A stretch of 64,000 nt of DNA from Gaiellaceae bacterium (lineage in GTDB: Bacteria; Actinomycetota; Thermoleophilia; Gaiellales; Gaiellaceae): positions 13,603 to 77,602 of the forward strand of contig DASZPQ010000023.1 in NCBI GenBank assembly GCA_035550275.1, read 5' to 3'. Under the pieces are notes generated by a model. That model searched no databases. It was given only the letters and a program-made list of their open reading frames with translations, and had not been told where the DNA came from. The translations under genes were made by a program, and so were the position numbers. Below are positions 17,454 through 26,213 of this stretch, in pieces (position 1 is the stretch's first letter; every line of letters starts with the position of its first letter).

Positions 17454-18113
17454 CTAGGCGCCCGGCACGACGAGCCCGGATTCGTAGGCGACGACCACGG
17501 CTTGCGCGCGGTCGCGAAGGCCGAGCTTGCGCAGAACATGGCTGACGTGCGTCTTCACCGTCTCATTGCTGAGCACCAGGTGCTGCGCGATTTCCTGGTT
17601 CGAGAGCCCACTCGCGATCAGGCCGAGAATCTCGAGCTCGCGCCGGGTGAGCGCGTCGAGCGCTTCGGGGCGGGTGCGCTGCGGCGGGCGGAGGCGGGCG
17701 AACTCCGCGATCAGGCGGCGCGTGATCACCGGCGCCAGGAGCGCGTCTCCGGCGGCGACGACCCGCACCGCTTCGAAGAGCGACTCGGGGGGAGCGTCCT
17801 TGAGCAGAAACCCACTGGCGCCGGCCTGGAGCGCGTCGTAGACGTATTCGTCCAGGTCGAAGGTCGTCAGGACGAGGACCCGCGGCCCGGCCCCGCCTGA
17901 GGCGCAAATCTCACGGGTGGCGGCGATGCCGTCGAGCACCGGCATCCGGATATCCATCAGCACGATGTCGGGCCGGTGCTCCTGGCTTTGCTGCACGGCC
18001 TCTTCGCCGTCCGCTGCGGTTGCGACGACGGTGAAGTCGGCCTGGGTCTCGAGCAGGGCGGCGAAGCCCGCGCGCACGGCCTGCTGGTCGTCGGCGATCA
18101 GGGCGCGGATCAC
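17454..18113 (-). CDS. NarL/FixJ-family response regulator (REC + LuxR HTH)
   Basis: IRALIADDQ...IVLMDIRMPVLDG and LTRRELEILGLIASGLSNQEIAQHLVLSNETVKTHVSHVLRKLGL. Confidence 0.9.
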   Translation of the reverse strand: MIRALIADDQQAVRAGFAALLETQADFTVVATAADGEEAVQQSQEHRPDIVLMDIRMPVLDGIAATREICASGGAGPRVLVLTTFDLDEYVYDALQAGASGFLLKDAPPESLFEAVRVVAAGDALLAPVITRRLIAEFARLRPPQRTRPEALDALTRRELEILGLIASGLSNQEIAQHLVLSNETVKTHVSHVLRKLGLRDRAQAVVVAYESGLVVPGA

Positions 18114-19279
18114 GGCGTGGGCTCGCTGATCGGGAGCGTGATCTCCACCTCGAAGCCGCCCTCTTCGGCGGGCCCCGAGGCGAAGGTGCCGCTCGCGAGC
18201 GCCGCGCGCTCGCGCATTCCCATCAGGCCGTGCCCCTCGACCGGCTCGCCGCCCGGTGCGCCGGGGCCGTAGTCACGCACGCGCAGCTGGAGCATCTCGT
18301 CGCGATAGGAGACCTCGACATCGACGTTTGCGCCCGGAGCGTGGCGTCGTGCGTTCGTCAGCGCCTCCTGGATGATCCGGTAGGCGGCCAGATCGATGCT
18401 CAGAGGCAAGCGCACGACCTTCCCCTGCCGGATCAGGCGGACCGGCGTTCCGGAAGCTTCGGCCTTGGCGATCAAGTCGTCGAGATCGTCGAGCCCGGGC
18501 TGCGGCGCGCGGTCGGCTTCGCCGGCCGTGTCCTCCCGAAGGACTCCCAGTAGGCGGCGCGTCTCGGTGAGCGCCTCGCGAGCGGTCGAGGCGATTGCCT
18601 CGAGGCGGCCGCCGGCTTCCGAGGAGAGCTCCGGCGAGGTGCGCCGCGCGACCTCGCTCTCGATCGCGATCACGGACAGATGATGCGCCACGATGTCGTG
18701 GAGCTCGCGCGCGATGCGGGCTCGCTCTTCCATCACCGTCCGAGCGCGGGTGCTCTCGGCCATCGCCTCCTGGGTCGCGTCAAGCTCTGCGACCGCGAGC
18801 CCGCGTTTGCGGAGCGACTCGCCGACGATCAGGGCGCCGGCCAGGAAGAGCAGGGTCGTGTCGCTCGTGAAGCCGGCATTGGCGCCATCGAACCGCGGCG
18901 TGGCGAGGACCAGGAACGGAATCAGGAGCGGAGCGGCAAAGAGCAGGCCGCGCTGGATCACGAGCCGGACGAACAGGAAGAGCATCACGCAGAACGGCAT
19001 GATGCTGAGCGGTGTGCGGTGTGCCACGAGCACGACGGTGACCACGGTGGCTGCCAGCGCGGCGAGAGTCGGCCAGCGCCGAGCCAGTAGGAGCGCCGCG
19101 ACTGCAAGCACGTTCAAGGCGATCGTGATCTCGAGGACCTTCGCGGACACGTCCTTTGCGAGCAGCGCCTCGAGAACCGTCGCCAGCACGAGCACGCTCG
19201 TCAGGACGACTCGTCCGGGGCGGCCGGAAAGCAGACGCCGCAGCTCGACGAGCAGCGGCTCGATGTCTGACGTGTCCAC
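18110..19279 (-). CDS. Sensor histidine kinase, HisKA_3 (NarL-partner) type, multi-TM N-terminus
   Basis: RIARELHDIVAHHLSVI H-box, EALTNARRHAP, and GHGLMGMRERAA at the C-terminus. The stop overlaps the RR start. Confidence 0.85.
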   Translation of the reverse strand: MDTSDIEPLLVELRRLLSGRPGRVVLTSVLVLATVLEALLAKDVSAKVLEITIALNVLAVAALLLARRWPTLAALAATVVTVVLVAHRTPLSIMPFCVMLFLFVRLVIQRGLLFAAPLLIPFLVLATPRFDGANAGFTSDTTLLFLAGALIVGESLRKRGLAVAELDATQEAMAESTRARTVMEERARIARELHDIVAHHLSVIAIESEVARRTSPELSSEAGGRLEAIASTAREALTETRRLLGVLREDTAGEADRAPQPGLDDLDDLIAKAEASGTPVRLIRQGKVVRLPLSIDLAAYRIIQEALTNARRHAPGANVDVEVSYRDEMLQLRVRDYGPGAPGGEPVEGHGLMGMRERAALASGTFASGPAEEGGFEVEITLPISEPTP

Positions 19280-19445
19280 GGCCCCATTGTCGTCGCTCTC
19301 TCCGTCGCGGCGCGTCGCGCGGGCAAACGATCTTCGCCCTCACTCCACAGGGTGAGAAGCGGCCGAAACTCACCGCCCGGCGGCGGTCGAAAGACGGCGC
19401 TTCCGCGCGACGCGGGCAATCGATCTCGTTTCTACCGTTCTGGCC

Positions 19446-19991
19446 ATGCATCGCCGCCGCTCATTCCTCGTTGCCTCGGCCGTTCCCGCCGCTGTGTTGG
19501 CACTGCTTTCCGCCGGATGTGGTGGCAATTCGCCGGCGGCGGGCGTCAGCACCACGTCGTCGACGTCCTCCACCACGACGAACGGCCCGCTCGCCTTCGC
19601 GCGCTGCATGCGCGCCCACGGGCTGTCGAAATGGCCCGACCCGACGAGTAGCGGGGTCTTCGACAAGGCGACGCTGCGCCAAACCGGGTATAGCGAGTCC
19701 CAGGTCAGGGCGGTCGAGGACGGCGCCTGCGCTCAGCTGCTTGGCGGCGCGTCGCCTCAACGGCCGACGATCACCGCCGCCGACCGGGCCGACTACCTCG
19801 CGGCAGCCGCCTGCATGCGAACGCACGGGTTCGCAGGCTTTCCCGATCCGACGTTCCTGAACGGCGGCGTCCAGACCAACGTCCCGGCGACCATCGACCA
19901 GGACTCCTCCCGGTTCAAAGCTGCGGCGACGACCTGCACGAAGCTGATACCGGCGGGTCTTCCCTACAGCAGACCGAGCGGTTCGGGCTAA
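19446..19991 (+). CDS. CxR-PDP repeat lipoprotein P7
   Basis: Lipobox LLSAGC. Motifs FARCMRAHGLSKWPDPT (shares WPDPxSSGVFDK with P4) and AAACMRTHGFAGFPDPT. Confidence 0.8.
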   Translation: MHRRRSFLVASAVPAAVLALLSAGCGGNSPAAGVSTTSSTSSTTTNGPLAFARCMRAHGLSKWPDPTSSGVFDKATLRQTGYSESQVRAVEDGACAQLLGGASPQRPTITAADRADYLAAAACMRTHGFAGFPDPTFLNGGVQTNVPATIDQDSSRFKAAATTCTKLIPAGLPYSRPSGSG

Positions 19992-20000
19992 TCGCCCGGT

Positions 20001-20588
20001 GTGATGCGAAGCCGCGTACTCATCCTCGGTTCCGTCGTCCCGCTGGCCGTGTTGTCGCTGCTCGCGGCCGGTTGCGGCGGCGGTGGCGGCTCCGCTCCGG
20101 GCATTGCGAGCGTGGCCTCTTCCACCACCGCGACGACCACGCCGGCGCAGAACGGGCTGCTTGCCTTCTCCGCCTGCATGCGCTCCAACGGGATGCCGAA
20201 CTTCCCCGATCCTCAGCACTTCGTCGGAGGAAACGTGAAGCTGACGCTGCACCAGCTCGGGACCGGCAATCCGAAGTTCCAGGCCGCCATCAGCGCCTGC
20301 AATCACCTGCTCCCCTCGAACGGCGGCGGAAGCTCGGACACGGCGCAGGAGCAGCGCACGAAGATCGCGGACGGGCTCTCGTTTGCCAGATGCATGCGCA
20401 GCCATGGCGTTGCCCGTTTCCCCGATCCGAGCGCGCAGGGCGACTTGACGGTCGAGATGGTTCAGGCACAGGGGATCGACGTCCATTCCCCGGCAGTCCT
20501 GCATGCGATCCAGACCTGCCTGCCGGCGTCGCACGGTGCGCTCACGCCGGCGAAGGTCAGAGAGGCGCTCAGCAATGCAGGCGGCTGA
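20001..20588 (+). CDS. CxR-PDP repeat lipoprotein P8
   Basis: Lipobox LLAAGC. Motifs FSACMRSNGMPNFPDPQ and FARCMRSHGVARFPDPS. Lies 9 nt after the P7 stop. Confidence 0.8.
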   Translation: MMRSRVLILGSVVPLAVLSLLAAGCGGGGGSAPGIASVASSTTATTTPAQNGLLAFSACMRSNGMPNFPDPQHFVGGNVKLTLHQLGTGNPKFQAAISACNHLLPSNGGGSSDTAQEQRTKIADGLSFARCMRSHGVARFPDPSAQGDLTVEMVQAQGIDVHSPAVLHAIQTCLPASHGALTPAKVREALSNAGG

Positions 20589-20607
20589 ACCGGCTCCGCG
20601 GCTGCTG

Positions 20608-20648
20608 TTTCATCGACTTGTTAGACGGCCTTTAGAGCTGTTTTAGAA
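20608..20648 (+). promoter_or_regulatory. Second copy of the four-half-site array (TTTCAT / GTTAGA / TTTAGA / TTTAGA), upstream of the adaptor-ABC operon
   Basis: TTAGAC at 20621, TTAGAG at 20632, TTAGAA at 20643, all at 11-bp phasing. About 52 of 66 nt are identical with 16158-16223. Confidence 0.4.
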
Positions 20649-20806
20649 CGAGACGCTTTCCTTCTTGATGGATGATCGAGTCACAGAGAGCCGGACGGGT
20701 CGCCTCAGGTCGATTCAAGGCGAAGGCAGCCGGCCGGTGACCGTGCTCTCGCCGCTGCTCGCGCCTGGTCGAGTGGCGCGGGCTGTCTCTCCGAGCGCAG
20801 GCCTGC

Positions 20807-22366
20807 GTGTCTGAGACCGAGGACACCCTTGTCTCGGCGCCGCAGCGGCTGACGCCGCCGGCTCCGCGCCGCCTGCAGTTGTCGAGGCGGTCGCTGATCG
20901 CGCTCGGCGCGGGCGTCGCCGTGGTCGTGGCGGTCGTGATCGCATTCGCAAGCGGCGCGTTCGGTGGCGGCAGCGCCGCACCGGGGTCGGCAGACAACCC
21001 GTATCCGACGTCGCTCCAGACGGTGACGCGGCAGTCGTTGACCCAGCAGACGCAGGTGAGCGCCACGCTCGGCTACGCAGACCCAGCGACGATCGTCGCG
21101 CCTGCCGGGACGACACCCCAAGATCTCGCGCAGGCGAAGCAGGCTGCGACGACCGCCCAGACCCAGCTCCAGACCGCACAGGCGGCATTGACGGCGGACA
21201 AGGCGACACTGGATCAGGCGAACGCGAGCCTGTCCGCGGACCGGGCGAAGCTGGCCGTCGACTGCGGCGGCGACAACGCCGGCGAAAGCGCTGCGAGCCC
21301 TTCCGCGTCCGGCTCCGGGAACGGCTCCGGCTCCGGTGCGTGCGCGACGGACTCGCAGTCCGTCTCGGCCGACCGCCAGAGCGTCACGCAGGCAGCGGCG
21401 AAAGTCGCGAGCGACCAGCAGGCCACCACGTCGGCGACGACGGCGCTCGCGACCGCCGCAGCGAGCCTCACACAGGCGGAGTCGTCGGGCACGGTCTACG
21501 GGCAGAGCTCGACCTACACCGAGCTCCCGGCGGTCGGCGCGATCGTGAAGCGGGGCCAGACCCTCTACGAGATCAGCGGCGCACCGGTTGTCGTGCTCTA
21601 CGGATCGGTGGCGCCCTGGAGGGCGTTCATGTCCGGCATGTCGCCGGGGCAGGACGTCGCGGAGCTGAACTCGAACTTGCGCGCGCTCGGCTATGGCTCA
21701 GGTCTGAGCGGCGACGCGTTCACCTCTGAGACCGTGTCGGCGATCGACGCCTTCCAGTCCGCACGCGGGCTCAGCCAGACCGGGCAGCTACTGCTTGGCT
21801 CGGTGGTGTTCGAGCCGGGGCCGGTGCGGGTCACCACCGTGACGCCGACGCTCGGGGCGACCGTCCAGGCCGGCCCGGTGCTCGGCATCACCTCGCTCGT
21901 CCGCCAGGTGACGATCGCGCTCGATGCGGCCCAGCAATCCGACCTCAAGGTCGGCGACCCGGTCACGATCACGCTGCCCGACAACAGCACGACGCCGGGG
22001 AAGGTTTCCTACGTCGGCACCGTCGCCACCGTCCCATCGAGCTCCGACCAGGGTGGCGGTGGCTCGAGCTCGCCGACGATCGAGGTCGACGTCACGCCAA
22101 CCGACCCGGCGGCGACCGGCCATCTCGACCAGGCGCCGGTCAACGTCTCGATCACAACCGGCAGCGTCCAGAACGCACTGACCGTGCCGGTCAACGCGCT
22201 GCTTGCGCTCGCCTCCGGCGGCTACGCCGTCGAGGTGGCGGGAGCGGGCGGCGTCCACCACTTGGTCGGGGTCCAGCTCGGCCTCTTCGACGACGCGAAC
22301 GGATTGGTTCAGGTCACCGGCACCAGCCTGACCGTCGGCACGCGCGTGGTGGTGCCGAGCACATGA
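20807..22366 (+). CDS. Periplasmic-adaptor (HlyD/MFP-like) protein with inserted peptidoglycan-binding domain (module B)
   Basis: N-terminal TM segment [20 protein letters not shown]-rich coiled coil. PG_binding_1-like segment [49 protein letters not shown]-terminal beta-barrel segments typical of MFP adaptors. ATGA overlap with the ABC ATPase gene. Confidence 0.85.
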   Translation: MSETEDTLVSAPQRLTPPAPRRLQLSRRSLIALGAGVAVVVAVVIAFASGAFGGGSAAPGSADNPYPTSLQTVTRQSLTQQTQVSATLGYADPATIVAPAGTTPQDLAQAKQAATTAQTQLQTAQAALTADKATLDQANASLSADRAKLAVDCGGDNAGESAASPSASGSGNGSGSGACATDSQSVSADRQSVTQAAAKVASDQQATTSATTALATAAASLTQAESSGTVYGQSSTYTELPAVGAIVKRGQTLYEISGAPVVVLYGSVAPWRAFMSGMSPGQDVAELNSNLRALGYGSGLSGDAFTSETVSAIDAFQSARGLSQTGQLLLGSVVFEPGPVRVTTVTPTLGATVQAGPVLGITSLVRQVTIALDAAQQSDLKVGDPVTITLPDNSTTPGKVSYVGTVATVPSSSDQGGGGSSSPTIEVDVTPTDPAATGHLDQAPVNVSITTGSVQNALTVPVNALLALASGGYAVEVAGAGGVHHLVGVQLGLFDDANGLVQVTGTSLTVGTRVVVPST

Positions 22367-23124
22367 CCGCCGTCTCCGCCACCGACTCGACCCTGACCAT
22401 GCCGGCGCCGGCGAGCGATCGCGGCCCGGAGACGGTGCTCGAGCTCGATGACGTGACCAAGCTCTACGGCAGCGAGCCGCCGGTGATCGCGCTCGACGGC
22501 GTCAGCTTCAGCGTCCACCGCGGCGAGCTGCTCGCGATCGTCGGCCCGTCCGGCTCGGGCAAGTCGACGCTCCTGCATCTGATGGGCACGCTCGACCGGC
22601 CAAGCTCCGGAACCGTTCGAATCACCGGCCTCGACGTCGCCGGCCTCACCGACCGGGAGCTGGCCGCGCTGCGTGCGACGCGGATCGGGTTCGTCTTCCA
22701 GCAGTTCTTCCTCGCCGAGCACGCAACGGCATTGGAGAACGTCGCGGACGGGCTGCTCTATACGGGCGTTCCGGTCGCGGAGCGGCGCGAGCAGGCAGCC
22801 GGCGTGCTTGCCTCGGTCGGGCTTGGCGACCGCCTTAAAGCGCGGCCGACCCAGCTCTCCGGCGGCGAGCGGCAGCGGGTTGCGATCGCTCGTGCCCTCG
22901 TCGGGCGGAAGGCGATCGTGCTCGCCGACGAGCCGACAGGAAACCTCGACAGCACCACTGGCGCCGCGATCCTCGCCCTCCTGCACGAGCTGCACGCGGG
23001 CGGCGCGACGATTGTCGTGATCACCCACGATCGCGACCTCGCAGCCGGCCTGCCCCGTCAGGTCGAGATGCTCGACGGACGGATCGTCACCGACACCGCC
23101 AATCAGAAAGGCGGGCTCGGATGA
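22363..23124 (+). CDS. ABC transporter ATP-binding protein, MacB/LolD type (module B)
   Basis: Walker [10 protein letters not shown], signature [15 protein letters not shown], Walker [14 protein letters not shown]-loop ITHD. Confidence 0.95.
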   Translation: MTAVSATDSTLTMPAPASDRGPETVLELDDVTKLYGSEPPVIALDGVSFSVHRGELLAIVGPSGSGKSTLLHLMGTLDRPSSGTVRITGLDVAGLTDRELAALRATRIGFVFQQFFLAEHATALENVADGLLYTGVPVAERREQAAGVLASVGLGDRLKARPTQLSGGERQRVAIARALVGRKAIVLADEPTGNLDSTTGAAILALLHELHAGGATIVVITHDRDLAAGLPRQVEMLDGRIVTDTANQKGGLG

Positions 23125-24998
23125 GCATTCCGCGGATCCATCACAGCTCGACACGGCGTGTTCTCGCCGCGCTGGCTCTCGTTACCGGGATCGGTGTCAG
23201 CGGCGCGATCATCGGCGGGCCCGCGCCCGCCTCGGCCGACACCTGCCCGGCCTCGAACCCGCCGAACGAATTGCTCCTGAGCAGCGGCTCCCCCCAGACG
23301 GCGAGGCTGCATCAGCCCTTCGGCGAGACCTTGCAGGTGACGCTCGCGAACACGAATGGCTGCTCGGTCACGACGAACCAGACCGGCGTCGCAGTCACCT
23401 TCACGGCACCGTCGAGCGGCGCGACCGGAACCTTCTCGGCGAGCGGCTCCAACTCGGTCACCGTCGGCACGAACTCCTCGGGCCAGGCGAGCGCGGCCGG
23501 CTTCACCGCGAACAGCGTCGCCGGCAGCTACACGGTCAGCGCCAGCTCCAGTTACGGCAGCATCTACTTCTCGCTGGCGAACACCGCGAACGGCGTCGCC
23601 GCGGCGATCACGCCGGGCTCGCCGGCGAGCCCGTAGGCACCGGTCGGGAGTCAGTACCTGCAGCCGTTGCAGGCGACGGTGGTCGATGCCAACGGCAGCC
23701 CGATCGACGGTGCGAGCGTCACGTTCACGCTCGGCGCGAGCGGCGGCGGAGGCGGAGGCGGTGCCGGAGGCTCCGGTGCGAGCACGCCGGCCGCGAGCTT
23801 CGCCGGTGGCGCCAGCCAGGCGACCGAGCTGACGAACGCCGCCGGCACCGCCACCTCGCCGCTGTTCACCGCCAATACGACTGCCGGGATGTTCACCGCA
23901 ACCGCCGCCACGGCCGGTGTCACGGAGCCGGCGAGCTTCGCGCTCGACAACCTGGCCGGGGCTCCGCTCAGGATCGCCGCGCTTGCGCCGGCGAAGCAGT
24001 CCGCAACGACCGGTGCCCGCTACGGCAAGCCGCTGCAGGTGAAGCTGCTCGACGGGAGCGGCAAGCCTGTCCAAGGGGCGACGGTGACCTTCACGCTCGG
24101 CTCCGCCGCGAGCGGCGGTGGCGGCGGCGCGGGTGGGTCTGGATCCGCCACTGCGGGCGCGACCTTCGCCGACGGCTCGAGCCAGGCAACCGCGACGACC
24201 GACGCCTCCGGAGTCGCAACGTCGCCGCGCTTCAGCGCGAACACGACGGCGGGGCCGTTCACCGCGACCGCGACCACGACCGGCACGGACAATGTGGCGA
24301 GCTTCTCGCTCGACAACCTGGCCGGCCACTCGCCGACGATCGCGACCGACGGGAAGTCGAAGCAGTCGGCGACGGTCGGCGCCCGGTACGCCAAGCCGCT
24401 GCAGGTGAAGGTGCGCGACGCACACGGCAAGCCGCTTCAAGGAGCGAGCGTCACGTTCACGCTCGGCGCCGCGGGCAGTGGCGGCGCGGGCGCAGCAAGT
24501 GCGGCCGGTGCGAGCTTCGTCGGCGGCGGCAGCCAGGCAACCGAGGTCACGAACGCAGCCGGAATCGCCAGCTCGCCGCGCTTCGCTGCCAACACGACGG
24601 CAGGAGCCTTCACCGCGACCGCGACCACGGCGGGGACGACCAGGGCAGCAAGCTTCCCGCTTCGCAATCTGCCTGCGCAGCCGGCGACGATCACGGCCGG
24701 AGTGGCGGCGAGCGAGTCGGCCCCTGTCGGAACGCGCTTTCCGGTCCGGCTCGCCGTCACCGTCAGTGACAAGAACGGGAACGCGGTTACGGGTGTCACG
24801 GTGAGCTTCTCCGCGCCCGCCCATGGCGCCAGCGGTCACTTCGGCAAGAAGCGCACCGTGAAAGTGAAGACCGACGCCAAAGGCGTTGCCGTCACCCCGG
24901 TCTTCGTCGCCAACCGGAAGCCGGGCGGATACATCGTGCGGGCGAGAGCCGCCGGCCACTCGGCCGCGTTCGCCCTCGTCAACCAGCCAGCGGCCTAG
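23121..24998 (+). pseudogene. Secreted Ig-like (invasin/Big_1-like) five-repeat surface protein interrupted by one in-frame TAG (23634..23636)
   Basis: ORFs 23121..23636 and 23667..24998 are in the same frame and are separated only by a TAG. The repeat alignment continues straight through the stop (GSPASP*APVGSQY versus GVAASESAPVGTRF). The N-terminus resembles a signal or Tat-like leader (TRRVLAALALV...ASA). The start overlaps the ATPase stop (ATGA), and the stop TAG abuts the permease ATG. Confidence 0.7.
23637..24734 (+). repeat. Three tandem 366-nt (122-aa) coding repeats inside the Ig-like gene, flanked by two more divergent copies
   Basis: The PLQ(A/V)(T/K)V anchor recurs at 23667, 24033 and 24399 (period 366), then at 24744. 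Each unit contains a poly-Gly/Ala/Ser insertion (for example GASGGGGGGGAGGSGAS). Confidence 0.7.
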
Positions 24999-26204
24999 AT
25001 GAGCACGACCGGGTCGCTGACACCCGTGAAGCTGCGGCCGGGCGACCTGGCCCGCATCGCCAGCGTCGGGCTCCGCACGCGCCGCATGCGCGCCGCGCTC
25101 TCGGCACTCGGGATCGCGATCGGCGTCGCCGCGATCGTTGCCGTGCTCGGTCTCTCGGCGTCCTCGCGGTCAGGCTTGCTGGCCGAGATCGACCGGCTGG
25201 GCACGAACCTGCTCACCGTCACCACCGGCCAGACGCTCTTCGGAGCGACGGCCGAGCTGCCGCTTGCCTCGCCAGGGATGATCGCCCGCATCGGGCCGGT
25301 CACACAGGTCGCGGATACCGGCTCGACCAGCGTGAACGTCTACCGCAGCCCGCTGATCCCGTCTGTGAACACGAATGCCCTTCAGGTGCAGGCGGCGACG
25401 CTGAACCTGCTTCCCGCGGTCGGCTCGACCGTCGCCCGGGGCAGCTATCTCAACACTGCCACCGCGACCGAGCCTGTGTGCGTGCTCGGCGCTCAGGCCG
25501 CGCAGCTACTCGGTATCGACCGCGTCTACCCGGGCGAGCGCGTTTGGCTCGGCGGCATGTGGTTCTACGTCACCGGCATCCTCACCTCCGCCACGCTTGC
25601 TCCCGAGATCGACAGCAGCGTGCTCGTCGGCTTCCCCGCCGCCGACAAGTACCTCGGCCTCGACGGTCATCCGACGACGATCTACGTTCGCGCCGTCACC
25701 ACCCAGACCGCCGCGGTGCAGGCCGTCCTCGCTTCGACCGCCAACCCGGAATCTCCGAATGAGGTGAACGTGAGCCAGCCGTCGGCTGCGCTTGTCGCGC
25801 GCGCGGACGCGCAGGGGGCGCTGAACGGCCTCTTCCTGGGGCTCGGCGCCGTCTCGCTGCTCGTCGGCGCGGTCGGCGTTGCCAACATCATGATCATCTC
25901 CGTCCTCGAGCGCCGCAGTGAAATCGGCCTTCGACGGGCGTTGGGCGCGACCAAAGGGAACATCCGCGCCCAGTTCCTGAGCGAGGCGATCCTGCTGGCG
26001 CTGCTCGGCGGCGCGGCCGGCGTCGGCTTCGGAGTCCTCGCAACCGCCGTCTATGCGCACACGAAGCACTGGGCGGTCGTGATCCCGACGCTCGCCTGGG
26101 CGGGCGGCCTCGGCGCCGCCTTCGCAATCGGCGCCGTTGCCGGCCTCCTGCCTGCGATCCGCGCAGCGCGTCTCTCACCGACAGACGCCCTTCGCACGGT
26201 CTGA
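24999..26204 (+). CDS. ABC transporter permease, MacB/FtsX type (module B)
   Basis: N-terminal TM, then a periplasmic MacB_PCD-like domain of about 230 aa, then FtsX helices VGVANIMIISVLERRSEIGLRRALGATKGNIRAQFLSEA. Confidence 0.9.
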   Translation: MSTTGSLTPVKLRPGDLARIASVGLRTRRMRAALSALGIAIGVAAIVAVLGLSASSRSGLLAEIDRLGTNLLTVTTGQTLFGATAELPLASPGMIARIGPVTQVADTGSTSVNVYRSPLIPSVNTNALQVQAATLNLLPAVGSTVARGSYLNTATATEPVCVLGAQAAQLLGIDRVYPGERVWLGGMWFYVTGILTSATLAPEIDSSVLVGFPAADKYLGLDGHPTTIYVRAVTTQTAAVQAVLASTANPESPNEVNVSQPSAALVARADAQGALNGLFLGLGAVSLLVGAVGVANIMIISVLERRSEIGLRRALGATKGNIRAQFLSEAILLALLGGAAGVGFGVLATAVYAHTKHWAVVIPTLAWAGGLGAAFAIGAVAGLLPAIRAARLSPTDALRTV

Positions 26205-26213
26205 CGCCGGCGG

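Noticed and set aside
20668-20812. 48-codon ORF (MDDRVTESRTG...) between the duplicated regulatory block and the adaptor gene
   Set aside because: It has no signal peptide, lipobox or CxR-PDP motif. It is interpreted as a decayed remnant or leader region rather than a tenth lipoprotein gene.
23634-23636. In-frame TAG as pyrrolysine or another programmed recoding signal
   Set aside because: No pylT, pylS or pylBCD-like genes or obvious recoding structure are seen in the window, and Pyl is not expected in this lineage. A TCG-to-TAG point change or a sequencing error is more parsimonious. It is kept as a finding only in the pseudogene/read-through sense.
23637-24734. Regularly spaced repeats as a possible CRISPR array
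   Set aside because: The period is 366 nt, the repeats are in frame, and they encode Ig-like modules. There are no short direct repeats with unique spacers and no cas genes.
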